Source of the DNA: Betaproteobacteria bacterium
GTDB lineage: Bacteria; Pseudomonadota; Gammaproteobacteria; Burkholderiales; JACQAP01
Length of the DNA: 57,821 nucleotides
Reading direction: 5' to 3'
Assembly: GCA_031406075.1 (NCBI GenBank)
Contig: JANOGP010000215.1
Span: forward strand, 1-57,821
A program made the position numbers and the translations under genes. Shown here one piece after another: positions 7,834-16,514 of the stretch. The first letter of the stretch is position 1; each line of letters opens with the position of its first letter. The notes beneath the pieces are model-generated. The model searched no databases and was not told where the DNA came from. It saw nothing but the letters and a program-made list of their open reading frames with translations.

Positions 7834-8661
7834 TTACTTGAATCCGTAGAGTTCCGCCGGATTGTCGACCAGGATCCTCCGGCGCGTGGCATCGTCCGGC
7901 ACCCAGTCCAGCAGTAGATCGAGCATGGCGGCGCTCGACGGCATGGGGCTGCGATACGGATGCGGCCAGTTGCTGGCCCAGAGCATGCGTCCGGGCGCGC
8001 GCTTCACCAACTCGCGGGCCAGGCGCGCCACATCGTCGTAACGAGGCGCGCCGGATTTCGACGATTCATAGGGCGCGGACAGCTTCACCCAGCAGCGGCC
8101 GGTATCGAGCAGTCTCAGCAACGATTGAAACGAAACGTCTTCAGGTGGCACCGGATCGATGTACTTGCCGATATGGTCTATCACGAAATGACCGGGGAGC
8201 TTCTTAAGTTGCCCTGCGTACGTTGGCAGATCGCGCCCATTCAACTGGATATTCGCGTGCCAGCCGAAAGGATGCACCCGCGCCATGATCTGATCCATTC
8301 GCTCGAAGCCGACCGCCCCCCCCGGCAACGCAAAGAAGCGCTGCGCGCAGATGCCGGCCCCGGTAAGCCGCTCGATCTCGGCATCCGCCACGTCTGGCTT
8401 CACTGCGGCGACACCCTTCGCGCAAGTGCCCAGTTCCGCGATCGCGGATAGTGTCACGCGGTGATCGTGTTGGTAGGCGTTGGGCTGCACCACGATGACC
8501 CGCTCCAGGCTAAGCTGCATTTGCAGCTCCCGGTACATCGTCACGGTGTAGTGACCCGGAAGCGGCGGGCCGCCCGGTGCGCCCGGCACGGTGCGATCGT
8601 AGAAGTGCATGTGGGTGTCGCAACTGCCTGGCGGCGCCGCGGCCTTCGGACCCTCGTTCAT
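7834..8661 (-). CDS. Amidohydrolase-2 (PF04909-like) protein, LigI / galactarolactone-isomerase-like lactone hydrolase or isomerase
   Basis: 275 aa with N-terminal CDTHMHFYD metal motif and a size typical of the LigI/GLI subgroup. Its start overlaps the upstream uronate dehydrogenase stop by 4 nt. Confidence 0.7.
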   Translation of the reverse strand: MNEGPKAAAPPGSCDTHMHFYDRTVPGAPGGPPLPGHYTVTMYRELQMQLSLERVIVVQPNAYQHDHRVTLSAIAELGTCAKGVAAVKPDVADAEIERLTGAGICAQRFFALPGGAVGFERMDQIMARVHPFGWHANIQLNGRDLPTYAGQLKKLPGHFVIDHIGKYIDPVPPEDVSFQSLLRLLDTGRCWVKLSAPYESSKSGAPRYDDVARLARELVKRAPGRMLWASNWPHPYRSPMPSSAAMLDLLLDWVPDDATRRRILVDNPAELYGFK

Positions 8662-9485
8662 CGCTTTTTCTTCTTCATTTTCGGCAACGCGCGGGTCGGA
8701 TCGCCGCCGACTTCCGCCAGCACGAAGGTGCCGCCCTGGAACTCCTCAGTACGCGGATCGGCGCCTGATTTTTCCTTCGCCAGCACTGCCGCCGCGTAGG
8801 CCTCGGCGTCGTCGCGCGGCCGGTAACCGAGGCGCTCGGCGTTGGAATTGTCGTACCAACTGCGCTGGTTTCCAGAGACCCCGTACACTATCTCGAAGCG
8901 GATGTCCGGATGCTCGACGCCGATTTTCACCAGTTGCGCCAGGTCGCGCGGGCTGATCCAGATCGAAAGCCGGCGCTTGTCCGCCGGAGCCGGATTCACG
9001 TTGCCGATGCGCATGCAGAGCACCTGCATCCCGTACTTGTCGGCGTAGAGACTGCCGAGCTGCTCCCCGAATACCTTGGACAGGCCGTATCGACTGTCCG
9101 GCTTCGGGTATACACGATGGTCGATCTTCTGGTCGCGGCGGTAGAAACCGGTGGCGTGATTGCTTGTAGCGAACAGGATGCGCTTTACGCCGTTCACCCG
9201 CGCCGCCTCGAACATGTTGTAGCAACCGATGATATTGGCGCGCAAGATCACGTCCCAGGGGCCCTCGACCGCGAAACCACCCAGGTGCACGATCGCATCG
9301 ACACCTTTGATGACCCGCTGCATGTCGGACAACCGCCCTACGTCGCCGCGCACAAAGGTCTCGCCCTTTGCGAGCTTTGTTATCGGCTTGATGTCCGACA
9401 GGCAAAGCATGTAACTACCCGCAAGCTCGTTGCGCAGATGCGTGCCGACGTCGCCCGCCGCGCCGGTGATGAGAATGGTTTTCAC
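8658..9485 (-). CDS. udh: NAD-dependent uronate dehydrogenase-like short-chain epimerase/dehydrogenase
   Basis: MKTILITGAAGDVG Rossmann motif. Blocks HLGG..E.P...IL..NIIG.YN..EAAR, SSNH..G.Y, GLSK.FGE and FQGGTF match characterised Udh proteins as I remember them. Confidence 0.7.
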   Translation of the reverse strand: MKTILITGAAGDVGTHLRNELAGSYMLCLSDIKPITKLAKGETFVRGDVGRLSDMQRVIKGVDAIVHLGGFAVEGPWDVILRANIIGCYNMFEAARVNGVKRILFATSNHATGFYRRDQKIDHRVYPKPDSRYGLSKVFGEQLGSLYADKYGMQVLCMRIGNVNPAPADKRRLSIWISPRDLAQLVKIGVEHPDIRFEIVYGVSGNQRSWYDNSNAERLGYRPRDDAEAYAAAVLAKEKSGADPRTEEFQGGTFVLAEVGGDPTRALPKMKKKKR

Positions 9486-9555
9486 GTTTTCGCGGTCCTC
9501 GGAAATTTTCGCACCGATTCTACGATGCGAGTCGCCGGATCCAGAAAGTAGTAAA

Positions 9556-12357
9556 TCAGCCCGCAGCCGCGGCCAGTGACTTGCCGCCGCCGAAGCTCAT
9601 CTGTGCCCTCATTTTCCCGCCGCGCATCACTTTCACCGCGCAGTACTTGAACTCGGGAATCTTGCCGATTGGATCGAGTGCCGGATTGGTAAGGAGATTC
9701 GCCGCCGCCTCGTAGAAGCAGAACGGGATGAATACCGCGCCTGCCGGCGTGCCGTCGTCCGCGCGGGCGTAGAGCACGATCTTTCCGCGCCGTGATTTCA
9801 CGGTCACGATGTCTCCGGGCTTCACACCCAGTTTTTCCAGATCCAGCGGATGAAAAGAGGCCACCGGATCCGGTTCGATCGCATCGAGCACCGATGCGCG
9901 GCGCGTCATCGCGCCGGTATGCCAGTGTTCGAGTTGCCGCCCGGTGATGAGCACCAGGGGGTATTCCGCATCGGGACGCTCTGCGGCAGGAATGATGTCC
10001 GCGGGCACGAACCTGCCCCGCCCGCTCGGCGTCGGAAAGTGATCTGTGAAGACCACCGGTTCGCCGGGGTCGCCTTCATGTTCGCAGGGGTAGGTCACCG
10101 AACTCTCTCGCGCCAGCCGCTCCCAGGTAATGCCGGCGATCGAGTGCATCGCGCGGCGCATCTCGTCGAACACCTCCGCCACGCCGCTTTCCGGCCCCTG
10201 GTAGTGCCAGTCCAGTCCGAGCCGCCTTGCCAGTTCCTGGATGATCCAGAGGTCCTGGCGCGCGTCGCCGGGCATGTCGAGCGCGCGCCGCCCGAGCTGC
10301 ACCATTCGGTCGGTATTGGTCACCGTGCCGGTCTTCTCCGGCCAGGCGGAAGCCGGCAGCACGACATCGGCAAGATACGCCGTCTCGGTCAGAAAAATGT
10401 CCTGCACCACCAGCCAGTCGAGGGTCGCCAGCGCTTCGCGCGCGTGATCGAGGTCCGGATCGGACATCGCCGGATTTTCTCCCATGATGTACATGCCGCG
10501 GATCTCGCGCTTCTTGGCGGCGTTCATGATTTCGACCACCGTCAGTCCCGGCATGGGATCGAGCGCCACGCCCCATAGTTTCTCGTACTGCCCGCGGAAC
10601 TCGGCATTGTCCACGCGGTGGTAGTCGGGAAACATCATCGGGATCAATCCGGCGTCCGAGGCGCCTTGCACGTTGTTCTGCCCGCGCAGGGGATGCAGCC
10701 CGGTACCCGGACGCCCGACCTGCCCGGTCATCAGCGCCAGCGCGATCAGGCAGCGCGCGTTGTCGGTGCCGTGCACGTGCTGGGAGATGCCCATTCCCCA
10801 GAAGATCATCGAGGCCTTCGAGCTCGCGTACAGCCGTGCCACCTCTCTGATGACCTGCGCCGTCACCCCGCACACGGGCGCCATCTGTTCCGGGCTGTAG
10901 CCCTCGACGTTCTTCTTCAGATCGTCGTAACCGATGGTGCGGCTGGCGATGAAAGCTTCGTTCACCAGCCCTTCGTGCACGATGACGTGCATCATGGCAT
11001 TGAGCAATGCCACGTCGGTGTCAGGCTTGAACTGCAGGAAATGCGTCGCGTGGCGCGCCAAGTCCGAGCGGCGCGGGTCGGCGACGATGAGCTTGACCCC
11101 CTTCTTCGCCGCATTCTTGAACCAGGTCGCGGCGACGGGATGGTTCACAGTGGGATTGGCGCCGATGATGATGACCACTTCCGCGTTTATGCAGTCGGAC
11201 ACCTGGTTGGATACCGCACCCGAGCCGATCCCTTCCAGCAGCGCCGCGACCGACGAGGCGTGGCACAGCCGCGTGCAGTGATCGACATTATTGGAACCGA
11301 ATCCGGTGCGCACCAGCTTCTGGAACAGGTAGGCCTCTTCGTTGCTGCCCTTGGCGGAGCCGAAACCCGCCAGCGAGCGTTTGCCGTGCGTGTCGCGGAT
11401 TTCCCTGAGCCGCCCCGCGGCCAGATCGAGCGCCTCGTCCCAGTTCGCCTCGCGGAACACTTCGTGCCAGCGTTCCGGGTCCACTACAAAGTCCTTGGTC
11501 TTCGGTATGCCCGGCTTGCGCACCAGCGGCTTGATCAGCCGCTGGGGGTTGTGCACGTAATCGAAGCCGTAACGCCCCTTCACACACAGGCGGCCATGGT
11601 TGGCAGGGCCGTCGCGGCCGCTGACCTGAAGGATGCGGTCGCCCTTCACGTGGTAGGTGAGCTGGCAGCCCACGCCACAATACGGACAGACGGAATCGAC
11701 CGTCTTGTCCGGCACTTCCAGTCCGACGCCGCGCGCCGGCATCAGCGCGCCGGTGGGACAGGCCTGGACGCATTCGCCGCAGGCCACGCAGGTCGAAACG
11801 CCCATGGCGTCGTCGAAATCGAACACGATCTGCGATTCATGCCCGCGGAAAGCGTAACCGATCACGTCATTGACCTGCTCCTCGCGGCAGGCACGCACGC
11901 AGCGCGTGCACTGGATGCAGGCATCGAGGTTGACCGCGATCCCGGGATGCGACAGATCCGCCCTGGGCTGGTGGCGCCGCGCAAAGCGCGGCTTGCCTAC
12001 TTTCAGATTGCGCGCCCAGAGATCGAGTTCGGAATCCGGCGAATACTTCTCTTCGGGCATGTCGGATAACAGAAGTTCAAGAATCATTTTCTGCGCGGCG
12101 ACCGCCCGCGCGTTCTTCGATTCGACTTCCATTCCGGCCTTCGGCGCGCGGCAGCACGACGGGGCCAGCACGCGCTCGCCCTTGATCTCCACCATGCACG
12201 CGCGGCAGTTGCCATCGGGGCGATAGCCAGGCATGTAGCACAAATGCGGAATGGCGATGCCGTAACGCTGCGCCGCCTGGAGAATGGTCTCTCCCGGCGC
12301 GGCGTGGATCTCAGTGCCGTCCAACCTGAATGCGATCATCTCGCTACGCTGATTCAA
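9556..12357 (-). CDS. fdsA: NAD-dependent formate dehydrogenase alpha subunit (2Fe-2S and 4Fe-4S N-terminal domains plus a molybdopterin/tungstopterin domain), Cys-type
   Basis: 933 aa. NuoG-like N-terminus (..CYMPGYRPDGNCRACMVEI..) and ferredoxin motifs CIQCTRCVRAC / CVACGECVQACP. MopB domain has active-site ..HCTRLCHASSV.. with Cys and no in-frame TGA. The TTG at 12357 has a GAGG SD 7 nt upstream; an alternative ATG is at 12339. Confidence 0.9.
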   Translation of the reverse strand: MNQRSEMIAFRLDGTEIHAAPGETILQAAQRYGIAIPHLCYMPGYRPDGNCRACMVEIKGERVLAPSCCRAPKAGMEVESKNARAVAAQKMILELLLSDMPEEKYSPDSELDLWARNLKVGKPRFARRHQPRADLSHPGIAVNLDACIQCTRCVRACREEQVNDVIGYAFRGHESQIVFDFDDAMGVSTCVACGECVQACPTGALMPARGVGLEVPDKTVDSVCPYCGVGCQLTYHVKGDRILQVSGRDGPANHGRLCVKGRYGFDYVHNPQRLIKPLVRKPGIPKTKDFVVDPERWHEVFREANWDEALDLAAGRLREIRDTHGKRSLAGFGSAKGSNEEAYLFQKLVRTGFGSNNVDHCTRLCHASSVAALLEGIGSGAVSNQVSDCINAEVVIIIGANPTVNHPVAATWFKNAAKKGVKLIVADPRRSDLARHATHFLQFKPDTDVALLNAMMHVIVHEGLVNEAFIASRTIGYDDLKKNVEGYSPEQMAPVCGVTAQVIREVARLYASSKASMIFWGMGISQHVHGTDNARCLIALALMTGQVGRPGTGLHPLRGQNNVQGASDAGLIPMMFPDYHRVDNAEFRGQYEKLWGVALDPMPGLTVVEIMNAAKKREIRGMYIMGENPAMSDPDLDHAREALATLDWLVVQDIFLTETAYLADVVLPASAWPEKTGTVTNTDRMVQLGRRALDMPGDARQDLWIIQELARRLGLDWHYQGPESGVAEVFDEMRRAMHSIAGITWERLARESSVTYPCEHEGDPGEPVVFTDHFPTPSGRGRFVPADIIPAAERPDAEYPLVLITGRQLEHWHTGAMTRRASVLDAIEPDPVASFHPLDLEKLGVKPGDIVTVKSRRGKIVLYARADDGTPAGAVFIPFCFYEAAANLLTNPALDPIGKIPEFKYCAVKVMRGGKMRAQMSFGGGKSLAAAAG

Positions 12358-12378
12358 GGTTCAACCTCAAGTTATTTA

Positions 12379-12546
12379 GCCACAGAGGACACAGAGATCA
12401 CAGAGAAATACAAGAACAGGATTACTCGATTTCATTCCCGAAAAAAAGCAGCCCGGCTCGCGGTCGAAACCTATACCCACATTCACGCATTGCGTTCAGT
12501 TGCATCGTCCTTTGTACTCCTCTGTGTTCTCTGTGTCCTCTGTGGC
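12379..12546. repeat. 168-bp palindromic intergenic element; arms of about 36 bp built from CACAGAG iterated at a 9-nt period
   Basis: Left arm GCCACAGAGGACACAGAGATCACAGAGAAATACAA. Reverse complement of the right arm GCCACAGAGGACACAGAGAACACAGAGGAGTACAA. The first 19 nt are identical and there are few mismatches after that. It fills the gap between the FDH beta and alpha cistrons. Confidence 0.75.
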
Positions 12547-12557
12547 AAAAAGATCTT

Positions 12558-14255
12558 TCACTTCAGTTCGTGAGAGAAGTATTTAATGACACAGCGCACG
12601 GGATTCGGCGCGGCCTGTCCGAGGCCGCAGATCGACGCATCCGCCATCGCCTGCGCCAGTTCTTCGAGCAATGACTGGTCCCAGTCGTCCTTCTGCATCA
12701 ATTGCAGGGCTTTGGCGGTCCCGACCCGGCAGGGCGTGCACTGGCCGCAGGATTCGTCGGAGAAAAACGCCATCAGATTTCGTGCGGCATCGGTCGCGCG
12801 ATCACGGTCCGACAGGATAATCACCGCCGCGGATCCGATGAAGCAGCCGTATTCGTTAAGCGTGTCGAAGTCCAGCGGGATGTCGCCCATCGAAGCCGGC
12901 AGGATGCCGCCCGAAGCCCCGCCCGGCAGGTAGGCGTAGAACGCATGTCCCGGAGCCATTCCGCCGCAGAACTCCGCAATCAACTCGTTCACTGTAATAC
13001 CGGCGGGTGCCAGATGCACGCCCGGCTTTGCCACGCGTCCGCTCACCGAGAACGAGCGCAGGCCCTTGCGGCCGTGGCGTCCCTGCAAGGCGAACCAGTC
13101 CGCGCCCTTTTCCAGGAGATCGCGCACCCAGTAAAGCGTTTCCATGTTGTGCTCGAGCGTCGGCCGGCCGAACAGGCCGACCTGAGCCACGTACGGAGGG
13201 CGTAGCCGCGGCATGCCGCGCTTGCCTTCGATCGATTCGATCATCGCCGATTCTTCACCGCATATGTAGGCGCCGGCCCCGCGGCGCAGATATATCGGCG
13301 GCAGCGCGCAGGGCGGCGACTTTTCAAGCGCGGCGATTTCCTTTTCCAGGATTTCGCGGCAGCCGGCGTATTCGTCGCGCAGATAAATGTAAATTTCGGC
13401 GCAGCCGGTGGCCCAGGCCGCGATCAGCATGCCGTCTAGAAACCGGTGTGGATCTCGTTCGAGATACCAGCGGTCCTTGAATGTGCCGGGTTCGCCTTCG
13501 TCGATGTTGACCGCCAGCAACCGCGGTGCGGGCTCGGCCCATACGATGCGCCACTTTCGTCCGGCCGGAAATCCGGCGCCGCCCAGTCCGCGCAGGCCTG
13601 AATGCTCCATGGTCTTGAACACGTGCTCTCGTTCGAGCTTGCCGTTCAGGCACTTTGCCAGCGTGGCGTAACCACCGGCCTTGCGGTACGTTTGATAGCC
13701 GGTGTAAGGCGTCGGCGGACAGGTTGTCTTCGCGGCGCTCACGGCTGCTTTGACTGCGCCAGCCGTCGCGTTCGGCAGAGGATTTTGCCCTACCACCGCT
13801 ACCGGCGCTGTCTCGCAGCGCCCGACGCAGGGCGCAGGGATCACACGCACGCCCCCGCCAAGGATCGCGGGCAGGCGCGCCAGCAGATCTTTCGCGCCGG
13901 CGAGTTCGCAGGACAGGGAATCGCACACGCGCACCGTGAGTGGTGGCGGCGCGGCCTGCCCTTCCTTGACGATGTCGAAATGATGATAGAAACTCGCGAC
14001 CTCGAAGACCTCTGCCTGCGACAGTTTCATTTCCTGCGCAAGCGCGGCGAGGTGCGCCGAAGAAAGCTGCCGGTAGCGGTCCTGAATCTTGTGCAGGTGC
14101 TCGATCAACAAGTCGCGCCGGCGCGGCGCTTCATGGAGTATTGCCCGTATTTCGGCGAGCGCCGCGGGATCGACCTGCCGCCCTTTGGGGGTATTGCGCG
14201 CCTTGCGGAAATTCCCACCGGCGCTTCCGGAGCCGTTTCCAGACTGCTTGGGCAA
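12558..14255 (-). CDS. fdsB: NAD-dependent formate dehydrogenase beta subunit, fused NuoE-like (2Fe-2S) and NuoF-like (FMN/NAD, 4Fe-4S) domains
   Basis: 565 aa. NuoE-type Cys pattern (CDSLSC...CVGRCETAP), NuoF motifs (GLRGLGGAGFPAGRKW, EGEPGTFKDR) and a 4Fe-4S site (ESCGQCTPCR). Confidence 0.9.
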   Translation of the reverse strand: MPKQSGNGSGSAGGNFRKARNTPKGRQVDPAALAEIRAILHEAPRRRDLLIEHLHKIQDRYRQLSSAHLAALAQEMKLSQAEVFEVASFYHHFDIVKEGQAAPPPLTVRVCDSLSCELAGAKDLLARLPAILGGGVRVIPAPCVGRCETAPVAVVGQNPLPNATAGAVKAAVSAAKTTCPPTPYTGYQTYRKAGGYATLAKCLNGKLEREHVFKTMEHSGLRGLGGAGFPAGRKWRIVWAEPAPRLLAVNIDEGEPGTFKDRWYLERDPHRFLDGMLIAAWATGCAEIYIYLRDEYAGCREILEKEIAALEKSPPCALPPIYLRRGAGAYICGEESAMIESIEGKRGMPRLRPPYVAQVGLFGRPTLEHNMETLYWVRDLLEKGADWFALQGRHGRKGLRSFSVSGRVAKPGVHLAPAGITVNELIAEFCGGMAPGHAFYAYLPGGASGGILPASMGDIPLDFDTLNEYGCFIGSAAVIILSDRDRATDAARNLMAFFSDESCGQCTPCRVGTAKALQLMQKDDWDQSLLEELAQAMADASICGLGQAAPNPVRCVIKYFSHELK

Positions 14256-14339
14256 ATCGGATTCCTTCCTGTTGGCACAGTCGCAGAGCGCTGCAGGATG
14301 ACAGGCGGGAAGGCGACGCGCGCGACGCCCTGGAGGGAA

Positions 14340-14564
14340 CTACTTGCGCTTCCTGGGGGAGTTCTTATACCGCTCCGCTACGCGATCCTGTGCTTTGGCA
14401 AGCGCCTTCTTGGCCGCTTCATCGTCTTTCGCCTTTTTTTCCGCGGCAGATTTCTTCGTCTGGGCTTCAGCTTCGGTCGGCGGCGGCAACTTTCCCCACG
14501 CCGCGTGGGCTGCCAACAGCAGCATGCCGGCCAGACCGGCGAGCGACATTTCTCGTTCAATCAC
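14340..14564 (-). CDS. Small Lys-rich hypothetical protein with a hydrophobic N-terminus
   Basis: ..MSLAGLAGMLLLAAHAAWG then KLPPPTEAEAQTKKSAAEKKAKDDEAAKKALAKAQDRVAERYKNSPRKRK. The GTG at 14564 has GGGAGG 8 nt upstream and overlaps the end of the gamma-subunit gene. An alternative ATG is at 14549. Confidence 0.4.
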   Translation of the reverse strand: MIEREMSLAGLAGMLLLAAHAAWGKLPPPTEAEAQTKKSAAEKKAKDDEAAKKALAKAQDRVAERYKNSPRKRK

Positions 14565-15642
14565 GTCCGCTACCTCCCAGTAGTCCCGCGCGCTGCGCGC
14601 CACTGCCGCCGCGCTTTCCTGCCTTGACTTCCTCGTACCAGAGTTCGTGATGCTCCTTGGCCCAGGTCTCATCCACCATGCCGGTTTTCATTGCCTGGTA
14701 AGCGCCTTCGGTACCGATGGTTCCCATGTAAATGTGCCCAAACGAAGCCAGCACGAACAGCAACGCTCCAACGCCATGCACGATATTGGCAATCTGCATC
14801 GTGTTGCGCGTCTGGTCAAAATTAGGGAAGTCCAATACCAACCCGGAAGCGCTCACGATCAGACCGAGCAGCGCCACTCCACCCCAAAACCAGCCTTTTT
14901 CCGCGGCATTGAACCGCCCTGAGGGAATATGCGCTTTGCCGGTCAGCACCTGCGGCATTTTCAGCATCCACTGCAAATCGATTCTCCTGAAAACATTGTC
15001 GCGCAGAAAAGTCACGAAAATGCACGCCACGCAGAAGATGAAAAGCGGGCCGACGAAATTGTGCAAGTTCTTCGAGAATGCGGCGAACCAGGAAAAGGCG
15101 CCGTAGCCGATCACCGGCAACAGGAAATACTTGCCGAAAAACATCAGTATGCCGGAGACCGCCAGCACCACGAAGCTCACCGCCGTAAACCAATGCACGA
15201 TGCGCTCCCACTTGTTGAAACGCTCGATCATCCGCCCGGTCGGCCTGCCGTGCATTTTCATCGGTCCGCTGTAGCCGTAGAACGCCCAGATTACCAGGGG
15301 CACCAGGATCAGCAGCGTGCCGAATACAAGCGTGACGGGACCGTTTCGGATCTGCCGCCAGGTCTCGCCGCCTGCCTGGATCAAAACGCCGGTCTCGCGC
15401 CCGCGCACTTGCGTTGTGTTCGGCTCGCCGGAACGCACGTCGCGCCAGGTCGGCGCATTGTTCAAGGGCTGCGTCTGCTGGCGCTGTGCCTGGGTTTCAT
15501 CCGCCGCGCCCGCATTTTCCGCGACCAGGACCGAAACGGCCTGATCATCCGCTGCCCGTACGGTTGCAACCGGTACGGCGGCTGAACCGGCAATCGTCAC
15601 CAGCACTCCCAGCCACAGACTCAACAGCGCGCGCGCAAGCAT
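14557..15642 (-). CDS. Formate dehydrogenase gamma subunit (membrane cytochrome b, FdnI/FdoI-like) with an N-terminal periplasmic extension
   Basis: 361 aa. Signal peptide plus an extension of about 110 aa, then four or so TM helices with conserved His (..ERIVHWFTA.., ..NLHNFVGP.., ..IVHGVGA.., ..GHIYMG..) as in FDH cytochrome b subunits. Confidence 0.85.
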   Translation of the reverse strand: MLARALLSLWLGVLVTIAGSAAVPVATVRAADDQAVSVLVAENAGAADETQAQRQQTQPLNNAPTWRDVRSGEPNTTQVRGRETGVLIQAGGETWRQIRNGPVTLVFGTLLILVPLVIWAFYGYSGPMKMHGRPTGRMIERFNKWERIVHWFTAVSFVVLAVSGILMFFGKYFLLPVIGYGAFSWFAAFSKNLHNFVGPLFIFCVACIFVTFLRDNVFRRIDLQWMLKMPQVLTGKAHIPSGRFNAAEKGWFWGGVALLGLIVSASGLVLDFPNFDQTRNTMQIANIVHGVGALLFVLASFGHIYMGTIGTEGAYQAMKTGMVDETWAKEHHELWYEEVKAGKRGGSGAQRAGLLGGSGRD

Positions 15643-15644
15643 GG

Positions 15645-15875
15645 TCAGCCGCCGCCACCCGAGGTGCGCTCATATTCGTTCTGGTGCAGATTGCGGGCCT
15701 TGATCGCGCGCTCCCAGTCGGCGCGGCCATTCTTGAAGTCATCCCCGGCCCAGGCGGGCGTATCCGGTTTGCCCGCGTATCGGCCCTTGCTGTAGGAAAC
15801 CTGTTGTGATTTCTCGCCGCAGCCAGCCAGCGCCAACGTGGCGCCGAGCAATACGGCCGGCAGCAGCCGCATCAT
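15645..15875 (-). CDS. Small lipoprotein (76 aa) encoded between the FDH beta and gamma subunit genes
   Basis: SD GAGGAG lies 8 nt upstream. MMRLLPAVLLGATLALAGC carries a lipobox. The ATG overlaps the beta-subunit stop (ATGA), and its own stop is 2 nt from the gamma-subunit start. Confidence 0.6.
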   Translation of the reverse strand: MMRLLPAVLLGATLALAGCGEKSQQVSYSKGRYAGKPDTPAWAGDDFKNGRADWERAIKARNLHQNEYERTSGGGG

Positions 15876-16486
15876 GATTTCGGCTCCTCGGCTTTCTTTT
15901 CCGGCTTGCCGTAGGCGGTGCCCCAGCCCCACACTTCGGCGCCTTTTCCGCGGACGACGACTCTTTCGCGCAGGATGTCCGCCAGCACATCGCCGTCGCC
16001 CCCCAGCAGCGCCTTCGTGGAGCACATTTCCGCGCACAGCGGCAACTTGCCTTCCGCCAGCCGGTTGCGTCCGTATTTCTCAAACTCCGCCTCGGAGTGG
16101 TTCTCCTCCGGTCCGCCGGCGCAGAACGTGCACTTGTCCATCTTGCCGCGCATGCCGAACGCGCCTGTCTGCGGAAACTGCGGCGCGCCGAACGGACAGG
16201 CGTAGAAGCAGTAGCCGCAACCGATGCACAAGTCCTTGTCGTGCAGAACCAAGCCGTCCTCGGTCTTGTAGAAGCAATCCACCGGGCACACCGCCATACA
16301 CGGCGCATCCGAGCAATGCATGCAGGCGACCGACATGGACTTTTCGCCGGGCATCCCGTCGTTGACCGTCACCACACGCCGGCGGTTGACGCCCCACGGC
16401 ACCTCGTGCTCGTTCTTGCACGCGGTGACGCAGGCGTTGCACTCGATGCAGCGCTCCGCATCACAGATGAATTTCATTCGGGCCAT
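15872..16486 (-). CDS. Formate dehydrogenase iron-sulfur (beta) subunit, 4x[4Fe-4S]-type
   Basis: 204 aa. MARMKFICDAERCIECNACVTACK.., CMHCSDAPCMAVCP, CIGCGYCFYACPFGAP and CTFC are typical of FdnH/FdhB-like proteins. Confidence 0.9.
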   Translation of the reverse strand: MARMKFICDAERCIECNACVTACKNEHEVPWGVNRRRVVTVNDGMPGEKSMSVACMHCSDAPCMAVCPVDCFYKTEDGLVLHDKDLCIGCGYCFYACPFGAPQFPQTGAFGMRGKMDKCTFCAGGPEENHSEAEFEKYGRNRLAEGKLPLCAEMCSTKALLGGDGDVLADILRERVVVRGKGAEVWGWGTAYGKPEKKAEEPKS

Positions 16487-16514
16487 TTGATCTCTCCTTC
16501 TCGCGCTCGCCGCA

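Noticed and set aside
12379-12546. Short iterated units (CACAGAG..., CGCAAA..., CACCAAGG...) considered as a possible mini-CRISPR array or as coding tandem repeats.
   Set aside because: The units are 7-9 nt with no spacers of CRISPR size. They occur as inverted arms of a palindrome and no cas genes are present. In-frame translations (LCVLCVLCG and similar) are repeat artefacts.
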